Positions 17,955 through 25,993 of a stretch of 64,000 nt of DNA are shown here, one piece after another; position 1 is the first letter of the stretch, and each line of letters starts with the position of its first letter. This stretch comes from Gaiellaceae bacterium (GTDB lineage: Bacteria; Actinomycetota; Thermoleophilia; Gaiellales; Gaiellaceae). Where the stretch lies: NCBI GenBank assembly GCA_051955535.1, contig JBQCGP010000085.1:19361-83360 (forward strand). Reading direction: 5' to 3'. A model generated the notes under the pieces. The model ran no database searches. It was not told where the DNA came from and worked only from the letters and a program-made list of their open reading frames with translations. Made by a program: the position numbers and the translations under genes.

Positions 17955-18027
17955 TGGAGCGTACCGGGATCGAACCGGTGACCTCCGGCTTGCAAAGCCG
18001 GCGCTCTCCCAGCTGAGCTAACGCCCC
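17955..18027 (-). tRNA. tRNA-Ala (anticodon TGC)
   Basis: The reverse complement GGGGCGTTAGCTCAGCTGGGAGAGCGCCGGCTTTGCAAGCCGGAGGTCACCGGTTCGATCCCGGTACGCTCCA folds as a cloverleaf with the G3:U70 identity pair and the loop TTTGCAA. CCA is not encoded. Confidence 0.95.
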
Positions 18028-18104
18028 GAGGCTTTCTCAGTGTAGAGCGTGCCGGAGCCCGCCCTCCGTGATCGCGCGAAGCGCGTGAACAAGACGAGGG
18101 GGCT

Positions 18105-18131
18105 CACGGGGGAAACCGGGTTTCCCCCGTG
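18105..18131 (-). terminator. perfect 12-bp stem-loop
   Basis: CACGGGGGAAAC-CGG-GTTTCCCCCGTG, located downstream of the 18192 gene end and upstream of the tRNA. Confidence 0.55.
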
Positions 18132-18139
18132 GAAAGGAA

Positions 18140-18162
18140 ACCGGCGGCTCGTGGCCGCCGGT
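18140..18162 (-). terminator. 9-bp GC stem-loop
   Basis: ACCGGCGGC-TCGTG-GCCGCCGGT, 30 nt after the stop of the 18192-18434 gene. Confidence 0.55.
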
Positions 18163-18191
18163 CCTGTGCAGAAGGAGGAGAGAGGAGAGCT

Positions 18192-18434
18192 TTACGCAGC
18201 GCGGGCGAGGCGCTCTTCGTGGCGCGCCCGCTTGATGATTTCGTCCCGGTCGCCGAAGCGGAGGTGGGCCCGGAGCATCCGCTCCTCGTCCCAGAGGCGC
18301 TGGAGCCTCTGCTCTAGCTCCCTGACCTCAGTGGCGGCGTCGGAATCGTGGCCTTGAGAAAGCACGTGCCAGAGCTCGGCGCGGCGCTCGGTCGCGCGCT
18401 CGATCTCGGCCTTGATCTGTTCCAGTGTGTTCAT
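18192..18434 (-). CDS. small coiled-coil protein (DUF2630-like)
   Basis: 80 aa from MNTLEQIKAEIERATERRAELW...ELEQRLQRLWDEERMLRA. The charged helical pattern resembles DUF2630. The family call is from memory only. Confidence 0.55.
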   Translation of the reverse strand: MNTLEQIKAEIERATERRAELWHVLSQGHDSDAATEVRELEQRLQRLWDEERMLRAHLRFGDRDEIIKRARHEERLARAA

Positions 18435-18539
18435 GTCCCTTGAAAACGACGGGTCTAGGCTCCTCATTCCACAGCGGCATCAGGAGAAACGCGATCACGA
18501 CGAGGCCTCCGACCACCGCCGCGGCAACGGCGAGCCAGG

Positions 18540-19265
18540 TCAGGAACGTGTCCACTGCGTGACGGGTCGCAACGGTCGCCGCTTCATGACGAGCGTGACG
18601 GTTAACGCGCCGAACGCAAAGCCGCCGATGTGCGCAAAAAATGCGACACCACCGCCGCTCTGCGGGTGCGTCACCGAGAACCCGCCCTCCCAGAGCTGGA
18701 AGATGAACCAGACGCCCAGAAACAGGTACGCGGGCAGCTGGCGCACGATGAAGAAAAAGACGAAGAAGAAAACCGTGAGCACGCTCGCGTCCGGAAGGAG
18801 CAGCAGATAGGCGCCGAGGACGCCGGCGATTGCCCCGCTCGCGCCGACGTTCGGGATGCTCGAACCGATCGGGTCCGAGAACTGCAGGGTCACGAAGGTC
18901 TGGGTGAACGCTGCGGCGAGCCCCGCGGCGATGTACCAGAAGAAGAAACGTACGGGCCCGAGCGAATCCTCGATGTTGTTGCCGAAGATCCAGAGGAAGA
19001 GCATGTTCCCGATGATGTGCAGCCAGCTCGCGTGCATGAACATCGAGGTGAAGACCCCGTCGTACCAGGACAGGTGGTCCGGCGGAACGACGCGCGGGTC
19101 ACAAGGGCCGGCGAGCGTGCACGGGTAGTAGCCGTAGTGAAGGACGTCCTGCTCGACGGGCGTCCCGGTCACCTCCCAGAGCCACACAAGCGCGTTCGCC
19201 GTGATCAGCCCGACGGTCACGATCGGGAAGCTCCGCGTCGGGACGTTGTCCTTGATCGGGATCAC
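18540..19265 (-). CDS. rhomboid family intramembrane serine protease
   Basis: VIPIKDNVPTRSFP start (GTG 19265). Also FMHASWLHIIGNMLFLWIFG, the GASGAIAGVLGAY catalytic Ser, and HIGGFAFG. Confidence 0.9.
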   Translation of the reverse strand: MIPIKDNVPTRSFPIVTVGLITANALVWLWEVTGTPVEQDVLHYGYYPCTLAGPCDPRVVPPDHLSWYDGVFTSMFMHASWLHIIGNMLFLWIFGNNIEDSLGPVRFFFWYIAAGLAAAFTQTFVTLQFSDPIGSSIPNVGASGAIAGVLGAYLLLLPDASVLTVFFFVFFFIVRQLPAYLFLGVWFIFQLWEGGFSVTHPQSGGGVAFFAHIGGFAFGALTVTLVMKRRPLRPVTQWTRS

Positions 19266-19371
19266 GGGGACGGCGGACGCTATGTGATCACGCCAAGGAC
19301 GAAGGGACTGACCCGTAAGGGGTCTGTCCAACCGTTTATTGGGACAGTCCCCGTTCGGGGACAGTCCCTGC

Positions 19372-20010
19372 TCAGCTCGGGCCGAGTTGGGCTCTTGCGT
19401 CCTCCCCGAGCGTCTCGCGGAGGCGCGCGAGGCCGGTGAACATGCGGCTCTTGATCGTCCCGAGCGGCTGTCCAAGCCGCTCCGCGAGCTCGGACTGCGT
19501 GTAGCCGCCGTAGTAGGCGAGCTCGATCGCCTCGCGCTGCTCGGGCGGGAGGCGCCGCAGCGCGTCACGGATCGTCTGTCGCTGGGTGGCGAGCTCCGCC
19601 TCGTCGGCGGTCACCGCAGCACTCGGCTCGGTGTCGGGCAGCGGTTCCGCGCGGCGGCGCTGCTCGCGCCGGACGAGGTCGACTGCTCGGCGATGGACGA
19701 GGGTGAGAAGCCAGGTGCTCGGCTTGGCGCGCTCCGCGACGAAGCGGTCGGCGGCTCGCCACACGGCGAGGAAGGCCTCCTGCACCGCGTCCTGCGCCAG
19801 GGCGTCGTCGCGGAGAATGCGGAAGGCGAGCCCGTAGGCGAGTCGGCCGAAGCGCCGGTAGAGCTCCGCCAGGGCTTGGTCGTCCGCGCGCGCTATCAGC
19901 GCCAGCACGGCCTCGTCCGACAGATGCGCAAGCTCTCGGGCTCCCGCTTCCGTTCTCCCTCGGCGGCTGCCACGCAGGGCCACCACCCTTCCCTCTCCAC
20001 GGTCGGCCAT
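19372..20010 (-). CDS. ECF sigma factor (SigK-like)
   Basis: Regions 2 and 4 are present (DAVQEAFLAVWR, WLLTLVHRRAVDLVR, LPPEQREAIELAYYGGYTQSELAERLG.PLGTIKSR). Confidence 0.9.
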   Translation of the reverse strand: MADRGEGRVVALRGSRRGRTEAGARELAHLSDEAVLALIARADDQALAELYRRFGRLAYGLAFRILRDDALAQDAVQEAFLAVWRAADRFVAERAKPSTWLLTLVHRRAVDLVRREQRRRAEPLPDTEPSAAVTADEAELATQRQTIRDALRRLPPEQREAIELAYYGGYTQSELAERLGQPLGTIKSRMFTGLARLRETLGEDARAQLGPS

Positions 20011-20014
20011 GGCG

Positions 20015-20716
20015 CTACCCGGAGGCCACCTTCGCTTTCAGCAGGATCGCGCCGGTTGGAGCCGGCGCGCCCCCGCGACGCTCCAGCGTGACGGCGACGG
20101 TCGTGCCGCCCGGAACGGTCTTCGTGAGACGTAGGTACTTGCGGCCCGCGCCGCCGCGGAAGAGGCCCGCCGGAGCGACGTTTTTGCCCGAGATCACCCA
20201 GGCCTGGTAGGTCTTGTTCGGTGAGGCTGCCGGCAGGCTGTCTGCGATCAGGACCGCCTTCTCCGTCGGCGCCACGCAGACCGCGGCGCTGCCGCCCTGC
20301 ATCTGCGTCTTCGTGCAGTCGGAGAGGACGTTGATGACCGCCTTCTGGTCCTTGGCGACCTGCTTTTGGTGGTCGAGCGACCCCGACAGGTGCGCCGCCC
20401 AGACGCCCAGCACGATCGCCGCGGCGGCGCTCGCGACGGCCAGCGCCGCGGCGGGAATCGCCCAGCGGCGCGGCAGGGGGACGACGTTGCGGCGCTCTGC
20501 GCGGGCGGCGTCGAGGATCCGATGCTCGAGCGTCTCGGGCAGCGGGGCCAGGTCGACGTCGTACGCGAGGGCGGCCGCCGCCTCGCGGAACGAGGCGACC
20601 TCTTCCTGACAGCGCTCGCAGCCGGCCAGGTGCGTCTCGTATGCGCGCCGCTCGTCTGCGTCGAGCGCGTCGAGTGCATACGCAGCGGCGAGCTCGTGGG
20701 GCGAACCGTTGTCCAT
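20015..20716 (-). CDS. anti-sigma-K factor RskA-like (zf-HC2 + TM + RskA C-terminal domain)
   Basis: LAAAYALDALDADERRAYETHLAGCERCQEE, one TM helix, and a C-terminal ...TYQAWVISGKNVAPAGLF... It lies upstream of its sigma gene, not downstream. Confidence 0.85.
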   Translation of the reverse strand: MDNGSPHELAAAYALDALDADERRAYETHLAGCERCQEEVASFREAAAALAYDVDLAPLPETLEHRILDAARAERRNVVPLPRRWAIPAAALAVASAAAAIVLGVWAAHLSGSLDHQKQVAKDQKAVINVLSDCTKTQMQGGSAAVCVAPTEKAVLIADSLPAASPNKTYQAWVISGKNVAPAGLFRGGAGRKYLRLTKTVPGGTTVAVTLERRGGAPAPTGAILLKAKVASG

Positions 20717-20747
20717 CCCGCGTCGCGTCAGGGATACCACAGTCCGG

Positions 20748-21461
20748 TCAGAAGTAGTACGGGGCGAGGCTAAGCGCCGCGAGCGCGTACCAGACGCCGA
20801 ACGCGAGGCTCATGCAGCCGAGGACCGGGGCGACCCGGGAGAGCGAGCGGCGCATCGGCGCCGAGGTGAGAGCCAGGCCCCAGCCCGTTGAGAGTGCTGC
20901 CATCGAGAGCGCAGTGCAGAGCGCGAACAGCCCGAGCGCGGCGATCGCGACGCCGCGGTTGTGGATCGACGCAAGCAGGAGCACACCGACGCCTGCACTG
21001 CCGCCCATCCCGTGCACGAGCCCGATCCCGAATGCCTGAAGCGGCGAGCGGGCGCGGAGACGTCCCCGAGCGCCGTGCGCGTGTGTGCCACCGTGGTCGT
21101 GGTGCAGGTGGAACAGTCCGCGCCGCCAGCGAACCAGCAGCCACAGCGCGAGCAGCGCGATCAGCACCCCGACGCCGGTTTCGGCGCCGGCCCGGACGGG
21201 CTCCGGCAGGTAGGACTTGAAGAGCACGATCGGCAGCCCGAAGGCGAAGAGGCTCGTGGCATGACCGAGCCCCCAGGAAAGACCAAGCCGAGCCGCCTGG
21301 CGTGCTGCGCGGTCCCGGCCGGTTGCGATCAGCGTCGTGACCGCGGCCAGGTGGTCCGGATCGCTGGCATGGCGGAGTCCGAGCACGATCGCGACGACGA
21401 CCACGAGTCCGAGCGTCGTGCCGTCGGAGAAATGCGCGATCCAGTGGTCGAGTCCGAACAT
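20748..21461 (-). CDS. NicO/HoxN-type nickel/cobalt transporter family membrane protein
   Basis: LRHASDPDHLAAV (the H-x4-DH signature), GLGHATS, and 6-7 TM helices. A His-containing loop (HLHHDHGGTHAHG) is present. Confidence 0.8.
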   Translation of the reverse strand: MFGLDHWIAHFSDGTTLGLVVVVAIVLGLRHASDPDHLAAVTTLIATGRDRAARQAARLGLSWGLGHATSLFAFGLPIVLFKSYLPEPVRAGAETGVGVLIALLALWLLVRWRRGLFHLHHDHGGTHAHGARGRLRARSPLQAFGIGLVHGMGGSAGVGVLLLASIHNRGVAIAALGLFALCTALSMAALSTGWGLALTSAPMRRSLSRVAPVLGCMSLAFGVWYALAALSLAPYYF

Positions 21462-21462
21462 G

Positions 21463-22767
21463 TCAACTCACTTTCGGGAGGGCGCGTACGGTCATGGCGA
21501 GACCGGCGGCAAGGATGACAAGGGCGCTCGCGGCCGGGAGCAACCGGATCAGCCGGCCGTCGAAGCTCGCCCGCCTGAAAACCTGCTTCGCGAGCACGGC
21601 GACGAGGCCGATCCCCGTGATGCTCAGCGCGAGGCCTGCGCTGAACGCCACGATCAGGATCATCCCGAAGGCCACCCGGTGCAGCGAGATGGCGGCCAGC
21701 AGGACGACGAGCGCCGAGGGGCATGGCAGCAGGCCGCCCGAGATGCCGACGGCGAGCAGCGAGCCGCGGCCGAGCTGCTCGTGCTCGTGGTGATGATGGT
21801 CGTGGTCGTGTGTGTGCGCGCGGCGGTGGCGGAGGCGGCTCCGGAAGACCGTGATCCCGATTGCGACCACGAGCACGCCCGAGATGAGGTTCAGCCAGGG
21901 GTAGAGCGTCTCGGGGACGATGAACTGCGAGAGCGCGAGCGTCACGAGGCCGAGGGCGAAGACGCCGACCGTGTGCGTCGCCGTCACGATCCCGCCGAGC
22001 GCGGCGGCTTGCCACGGCGTGCCGCGTCTGCCCACGAGGTAGGCGGCGACGATCGTCTTGCCATGGCCCGGCGAGAGCGCGTGGGCCATGCCCCAGAAAA
22101 ACGCGGCCGCGAGTGAGGCAAGGATGACGAGCGCGCTCAGGTGCCTGCGTCCGATCAGCGAGCTGAAGCCGCTGTCGGCCACGCGGTCGGGCGCTTCCAG
22201 CGTCTTGCCGCTCGAGAGCGCCGGCGGGACGTCGGGCCCGCTCGTCGGCGAGAGCGTCGCTTTCACCGAGGTGACGGCAAGCGGGCTCTGAAGCATGTTC
22301 TTCGGGTAAGCCCGGAGCTCGTCGCTGATGCTGCGCGTGCTCGCGCCGACGACGATCTCGCTCCAGCCGATACGGTCGCGGTAGTTCTCGTCTCGATAGG
22401 CGATCGAGGCCTTGCCGCTCACCGTCGGCCCGGCCAGGATCACCTCGAGCCTCGTCGTGTGGAGGCCCGCGGCGCCGCGTGGATGCGCAAGCGCAGTCCC
22501 CAGCGGGACGAGCCGAACTTGTCGGCCGTCGACCTGGAGCCGGGCATTGCCGGCGATCCGTCGCGCGTAGGCTCGAGCGTCGATGCGACCCGCCTGGTAG
22601 GTCGGGATCTCGGCCATGTCGAGCACGTAGCGGACGTAGAGCCGGTGTCCCGAAGCCTCGACCCGGCTGAACCGGTTGATCGTGAAGTTGCCGAGCGGGT
22701 GCGCCGATGCCACAGCCGGGGCGATCAGCGCCGCGGCGACGGCGAGCAGGACGGCGAGCTTCTTCAT
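21463..22767 (-). CDS. NicO-family nickel/cobalt permease with N-terminal extracytoplasmic domain
   Basis: Signal peptide ...PAVASA followed by HPLGNFTINRF. The C-terminal half has GMAHALSPGHGKT and the His-rich loop RRAHTHDHDHHHHEHE. Its ATG overlaps the TPR gene stop. Confidence 0.8.
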   Translation of the reverse strand: MKKLAVLLAVAAALIAPAVASAHPLGNFTINRFSRVEASGHRLYVRYVLDMAEIPTYQAGRIDARAYARRIAGNARLQVDGRQVRLVPLGTALAHPRGAAGLHTTRLEVILAGPTVSGKASIAYRDENYRDRIGWSEIVVGASTRSISDELRAYPKNMLQSPLAVTSVKATLSPTSGPDVPPALSSGKTLEAPDRVADSGFSSLIGRRHLSALVILASLAAAFFWGMAHALSPGHGKTIVAAYLVGRRGTPWQAAALGGIVTATHTVGVFALGLVTLALSQFIVPETLYPWLNLISGVLVVAIGITVFRSRLRHRRAHTHDHDHHHHEHEQLGRGSLLAVGISGGLLPCPSALVVLLAAISLHRVAFGMILIVAFSAGLALSITGIGLVAVLAKQVFRRASFDGRLIRLLPAASALVILAAGLAMTVRALPKVS

Positions 22768-24071
22768 CGCAGCTCTCTCCTCGCGACAGGCGCCCAGAGG
22801 ATCGAGAACTCCGGGCTCAGCCTCAGGGCGCGGCGGAGCCACACGCGCTGCTCGGCGCGGTCGCCCAGGCAGCCCTCGATCATCCCGCGGTGGAAGTACT
22901 TGAGCGCATCGAGCGTCCCGAGCCTGAGGGCACGCTCCGAGAAGCGCAGCGCCTCACCGCAGTGCCCGGTCCGCTCGAGCGCCCAAGCCAGGACGTCGTC
23001 GCCGTCGATCGACGGCCGCTCGCGCCACGCCAGGCGTGCGAGGGCGAGAGACGCCTGGAGCCTGATCCCGTGGTCGACATTGAAGAGTGCCGTTTCCAGA
23101 TCGGTCTTGACGCCGTTCGCGACGAGCAGGCGCTGGATGACGCCGATCAGCTCGTACTGCTTGCGGGCGAGGCCCGGCCGGCCGGTGGCCGCGTAGAGAT
23201 CTCCGAGCGTGGCGACGTACTGCGGCAACGGGATCCGATTGACGGCCTCCTGCTCGTCGCGGAGCGCCTCGCGATAGCGGCCGAGGCCGGCTTCGGCGCG
23301 CGCCAGCGCGTCGAGCGCCAAGGCGTAGTCGGGGAACACGTAGAGGGCCTGCCGGTCCTGGGTGGCGGCGGCCCGGTACTTGCCGACGGAGAGGTAGATG
23401 AGGCCGAGCTGCACGTGCGTCCAGGCGTCGGCTTCGCCCTGCCCCTGGGCGGCATCGGCGGCGAGCCGCATCGCCGCGATCGCACCGGGGACGTCACCGA
23501 GCAGCTGTCGTGCGTGCGCGACTCGCGCGTATGACGAGAGCCCAGGTTGCATCGCCGCCATCGTGTCGAAGGTCTTGAACGCGGAGTGGTAGCGGCCGAG
23601 CTCGACGAGCGCGTCGCCGATCACGCCGTAGTTGCGTGCGGTCGTCGGCGAGATCGCGCGTGCACGACGGCCGAGCACGAGCGCCTCTCGGAACCGGTGC
23701 CGGGAGAGGGCGAGCGAGCCGAGCCCGCTCGTCGCGATCAGGTCGTGCGGCGCGAAGGAGAGCGCCCTATGGAGCGCTTCGCCGGACTTCGTGTAGTAGG
23801 TGGGGTCACCTGTCTCCCGAGCGCGCTGCTGGTAGGCGAGCCCGAGCGAATCGAGCGCCGAGACGTCGTCGGGGTTCGAACGCAGCTTCGCCTGCAGCTG
23901 CGTGACCGTCGCGACCGTGTCGCCGGGCGGCGCCTTCACCAAGGCGCTCGCGGGAGCGGCGGCCTCTGCGGGCGCCGGCGACGAGGATTCGTGCAGGACG
24001 CCGCCGAGCGTCACGGCAACGGCAGTGAGGCCTGCCGCCGCCGCTACGAGGATCCATCGATGTCGTCTCAC
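22764..24071 (-). CDS. membrane-anchored tetratricopeptide (TPR) repeat protein
   Basis: GTG 24071 preceded by GAAGGAG. N-terminal TM helix (WILVAAAAGLTAVAVTL), followed by many TPR-like A..Y..AL...P helices. Confidence 0.8.
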   Translation of the reverse strand: MRRHRWILVAAAAGLTAVAVTLGGVLHESSSPAPAEAAAPASALVKAPPGDTVATVTQLQAKLRSNPDDVSALDSLGLAYQQRARETGDPTYYTKSGEALHRALSFAPHDLIATSGLGSLALSRHRFREALVLGRRARAISPTTARNYGVIGDALVELGRYHSAFKTFDTMAAMQPGLSSYARVAHARQLLGDVPGAIAAMRLAADAAQGQGEADAWTHVQLGLIYLSVGKYRAAATQDRQALYVFPDYALALDALARAEAGLGRYREALRDEQEAVNRIPLPQYVATLGDLYAATGRPGLARKQYELIGVIQRLLVANGVKTDLETALFNVDHGIRLQASLALARLAWRERPSIDGDDVLAWALERTGHCGEALRFSERALRLGTLDALKYFHRGMIEGCLGDRAEQRVWLRRALRLSPEFSILWAPVARRELR

Positions 24072-24097
24072 GTGTGCTCCTTCAGCCGGGGAGGGAA

Positions 24098-24123
24098 GGG
24101 GCCCGCCGGCTGGGTCGGGCCCC
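24098..24123 (-). terminator. intra-operon GC hairpin after the DUF4331 gene
   Basis: GGGGCCCG-10 nt-CGGGCCCC, 15 nt after the DUF4331 stop and before the TPR RBS. It may attenuate rather than terminate. Confidence 0.4.
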
Positions 24124-24138
24124 TCCTCCGTGGATCGG

Positions 24139-25674
24139 CTACGGCACCTCGTAGCCCTGGTGCGGTGTAGCGACGTACGGGAACGAGCTCGAGAACGAGA
24201 CGTCGTTCTGGTCGACGCCGTCACCGAGCTGGTTGTTCGGGAACTTGTTCGGCAGGCCGAACGCGGTGTGCAGGAACGTTCCATAGCCCTGCGCGAATGC
24301 CCGCAGGTCGATGTCGATCACATCGTCGCCGAGGCGGCGGCCGTTCGGGTAGCCGCACAGGTCGGCCATCGGGCCGAGCGGCCCGAGCCGGTCGGGCGGT
24401 GCGGACGTAGCCGTCCCGCCTGGGCAGGCGCCGTCCGTGCCCGGCTTGATCGCCGTGTTCAGCCGCAGGAGATCGGCGTCGGTCGAGCTCGAGTCGATCT
24501 GGTTGAAGTCAGGGACGCCCGTCAGCAGGATCGTTGTCAGGTCGGAGCGACCCGTCTCGCCGATCGCCTGCAACGCGCCGCCCGCGTGACCGTTGGACGG
24601 GCCGGCCGGCGGCAGCGCGCCGTACAGCAGGTTCTCGAGGCGGCTGACTTCCGGACTGTTGTAGTACTGCTCGAACTGCCGGTCGTCGGCCGGATCCTCC
24701 CGGTTCCAGTAGTCCTTTTTGCCGAGCGGGATCACGACCTCGTTGATCAGCGGGTTGCCGAGCCGCGAGACCTGCACCCACGGGCCGTGACTCATTACCT
24801 GGCCGTTCGGGTCGAGGATCCGCGCCTTCTGGCGGCTCGCGGACGCGTAGATCCCGATCGTCGTGTTCGAGAACCCGACGAGGTCGCTGATCGGCACCTG
24901 GATAGCGATCGAGTGCGTGTTGTAGTTCTTCAGCGCGTCTCTGCCCGCATCGGGTGCGAGCGGAAGCAGGTGGAACGGATTGAAGGGGCGCAGTCCGGCC
25001 AGGTCGAAGATCGAACCGAGGTCGACGAAGAACGGGTCGTCACGCTGGCCGGCGAAGACCTTGATCCCGCCGGGCAGGCTCGTGACGGCGGCCGCAGCCA
25101 GGCTGTTGTAGTTCGGCGTCGAGCGCGGCCCGACGTTGTCCGGCGGCGTCGGGATGTCGCTGCCGAGCACCTGGCCCGGCCCCGTCGGCTTGCCCGCCTT
25201 GTTGAAGTGGACGAGCGTGACGCTGTAGGTCTGCGGCCGGTTCCAGTTCGGATCGGTGAGCGAGGTGATCGGGCCCGTGTTGTAGAGGAATGTGTCCGGG
25301 TTCCGAGTCTTCGTCGTGAACCGAAACTGGTAGCCGAGATCGGGTACGCCGTCTCCAGTGTTATCGACCTTGATCTCGTAGAGGACTGTGTCGTCGAAGC
25401 TGTAGAAGTTCGGCCCGCTGGCCGGGGCTTCGAGCGGGATGTAGTTGGCGATCATCGTGACCGTGTTCGTGTTGTCGGGGCTCACGAACGCGTAGAGATC
25501 TGTGTTGTCCGCCCGCGGGTCCTGGCTGATCAACGGCGCCTCGGCATGGCTTGACGCGAAGGCGCTGGTCGGGCCTCCGGCCCGGGTGAGAATCAGGAGC
25601 AGCGCCAGCGCGAAGGCTCCGAGCGCCACAGCGACCAGGATCGGCTTGCGGGCGATCGCAGAGGATGCGTGCAT
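24139..25674 (-). CDS. DUF4331 family secreted protein
   Basis: Signal peptide ending ...SAFA, then SSHAEAPLISQDPRADNTDLYAFVSPDN...YEIKVDNTGDG, the hallmark DUF4331 N-terminus. Confidence 0.9.
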   Translation of the reverse strand: MHASSAIARKPILVAVALGAFALALLLILTRAGGPTSAFASSHAEAPLISQDPRADNTDLYAFVSPDNTNTVTMIANYIPLEAPASGPNFYSFDDTVLYEIKVDNTGDGVPDLGYQFRFTTKTRNPDTFLYNTGPITSLTDPNWNRPQTYSVTLVHFNKAGKPTGPGQVLGSDIPTPPDNVGPRSTPNYNSLAAAAVTSLPGGIKVFAGQRDDPFFVDLGSIFDLAGLRPFNPFHLLPLAPDAGRDALKNYNTHSIAIQVPISDLVGFSNTTIGIYASASRQKARILDPNGQVMSHGPWVQVSRLGNPLINEVVIPLGKKDYWNREDPADDRQFEQYYNSPEVSRLENLLYGALPPAGPSNGHAGGALQAIGETGRSDLTTILLTGVPDFNQIDSSSTDADLLRLNTAIKPGTDGACPGGTATSAPPDRLGPLGPMADLCGYPNGRRLGDDVIDIDLRAFAQGYGTFLHTAFGLPNKFPNNQLGDGVDQNDVSFSSSFPYVATPHQGYEVP

Positions 25675-25993
25675 GAACGTTTCCCTCCTCCCCTTTGGGG
25701 TCGACGGTGTCGGTCGTCGGGGCTGATTCGCCCGGAAGGGCCGTTTGGTTCGAAAACGGCTAGGAGGGTTTGGCGGAATGGCGCTCGTCGCCAGGGTGCG
25801 ATGGTCGTTCCGTGGGGAGGACGCAGGGAGCGTCAATAGCCGTAGCTATTGGCGCGACTGAGGACGCTGCCACGGGGCGAGCAGCGCGGCCTGGCGGCAC
25901 AGACGCTATTTCGCCAAATTCTCCTAGCTCATCGTTCGGTTAGCCGATCAGGACCACTGGCGGATTGAAGAAGGCCGCTAAATTCGGCAATCT

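Noticed and set aside
17950-17965. Similarity of GAGGATGG-AGCG at the tRNA 3' end to the GAGGATGGGAAGCGC core of the 10388/11750 repeats, as possible att sites for a large island.
   Set aside because: The match is limited to about 12 nt with an indel and does not extend into the tRNA body. It is indistinguishable from chance without statistics.
17881-18021. Continuation of ORF 17764-18021 (+) and of ORF 17390-17995 (-) through the tRNA gene.
   Set aside because: Only the first ~38 codons of the plus ORF are integrase-like, and only the part below about 17762 of the minus ORF is nuclease-like. The remainder simply reads across the tRNA-Ala sequence or through unrelated sequence.
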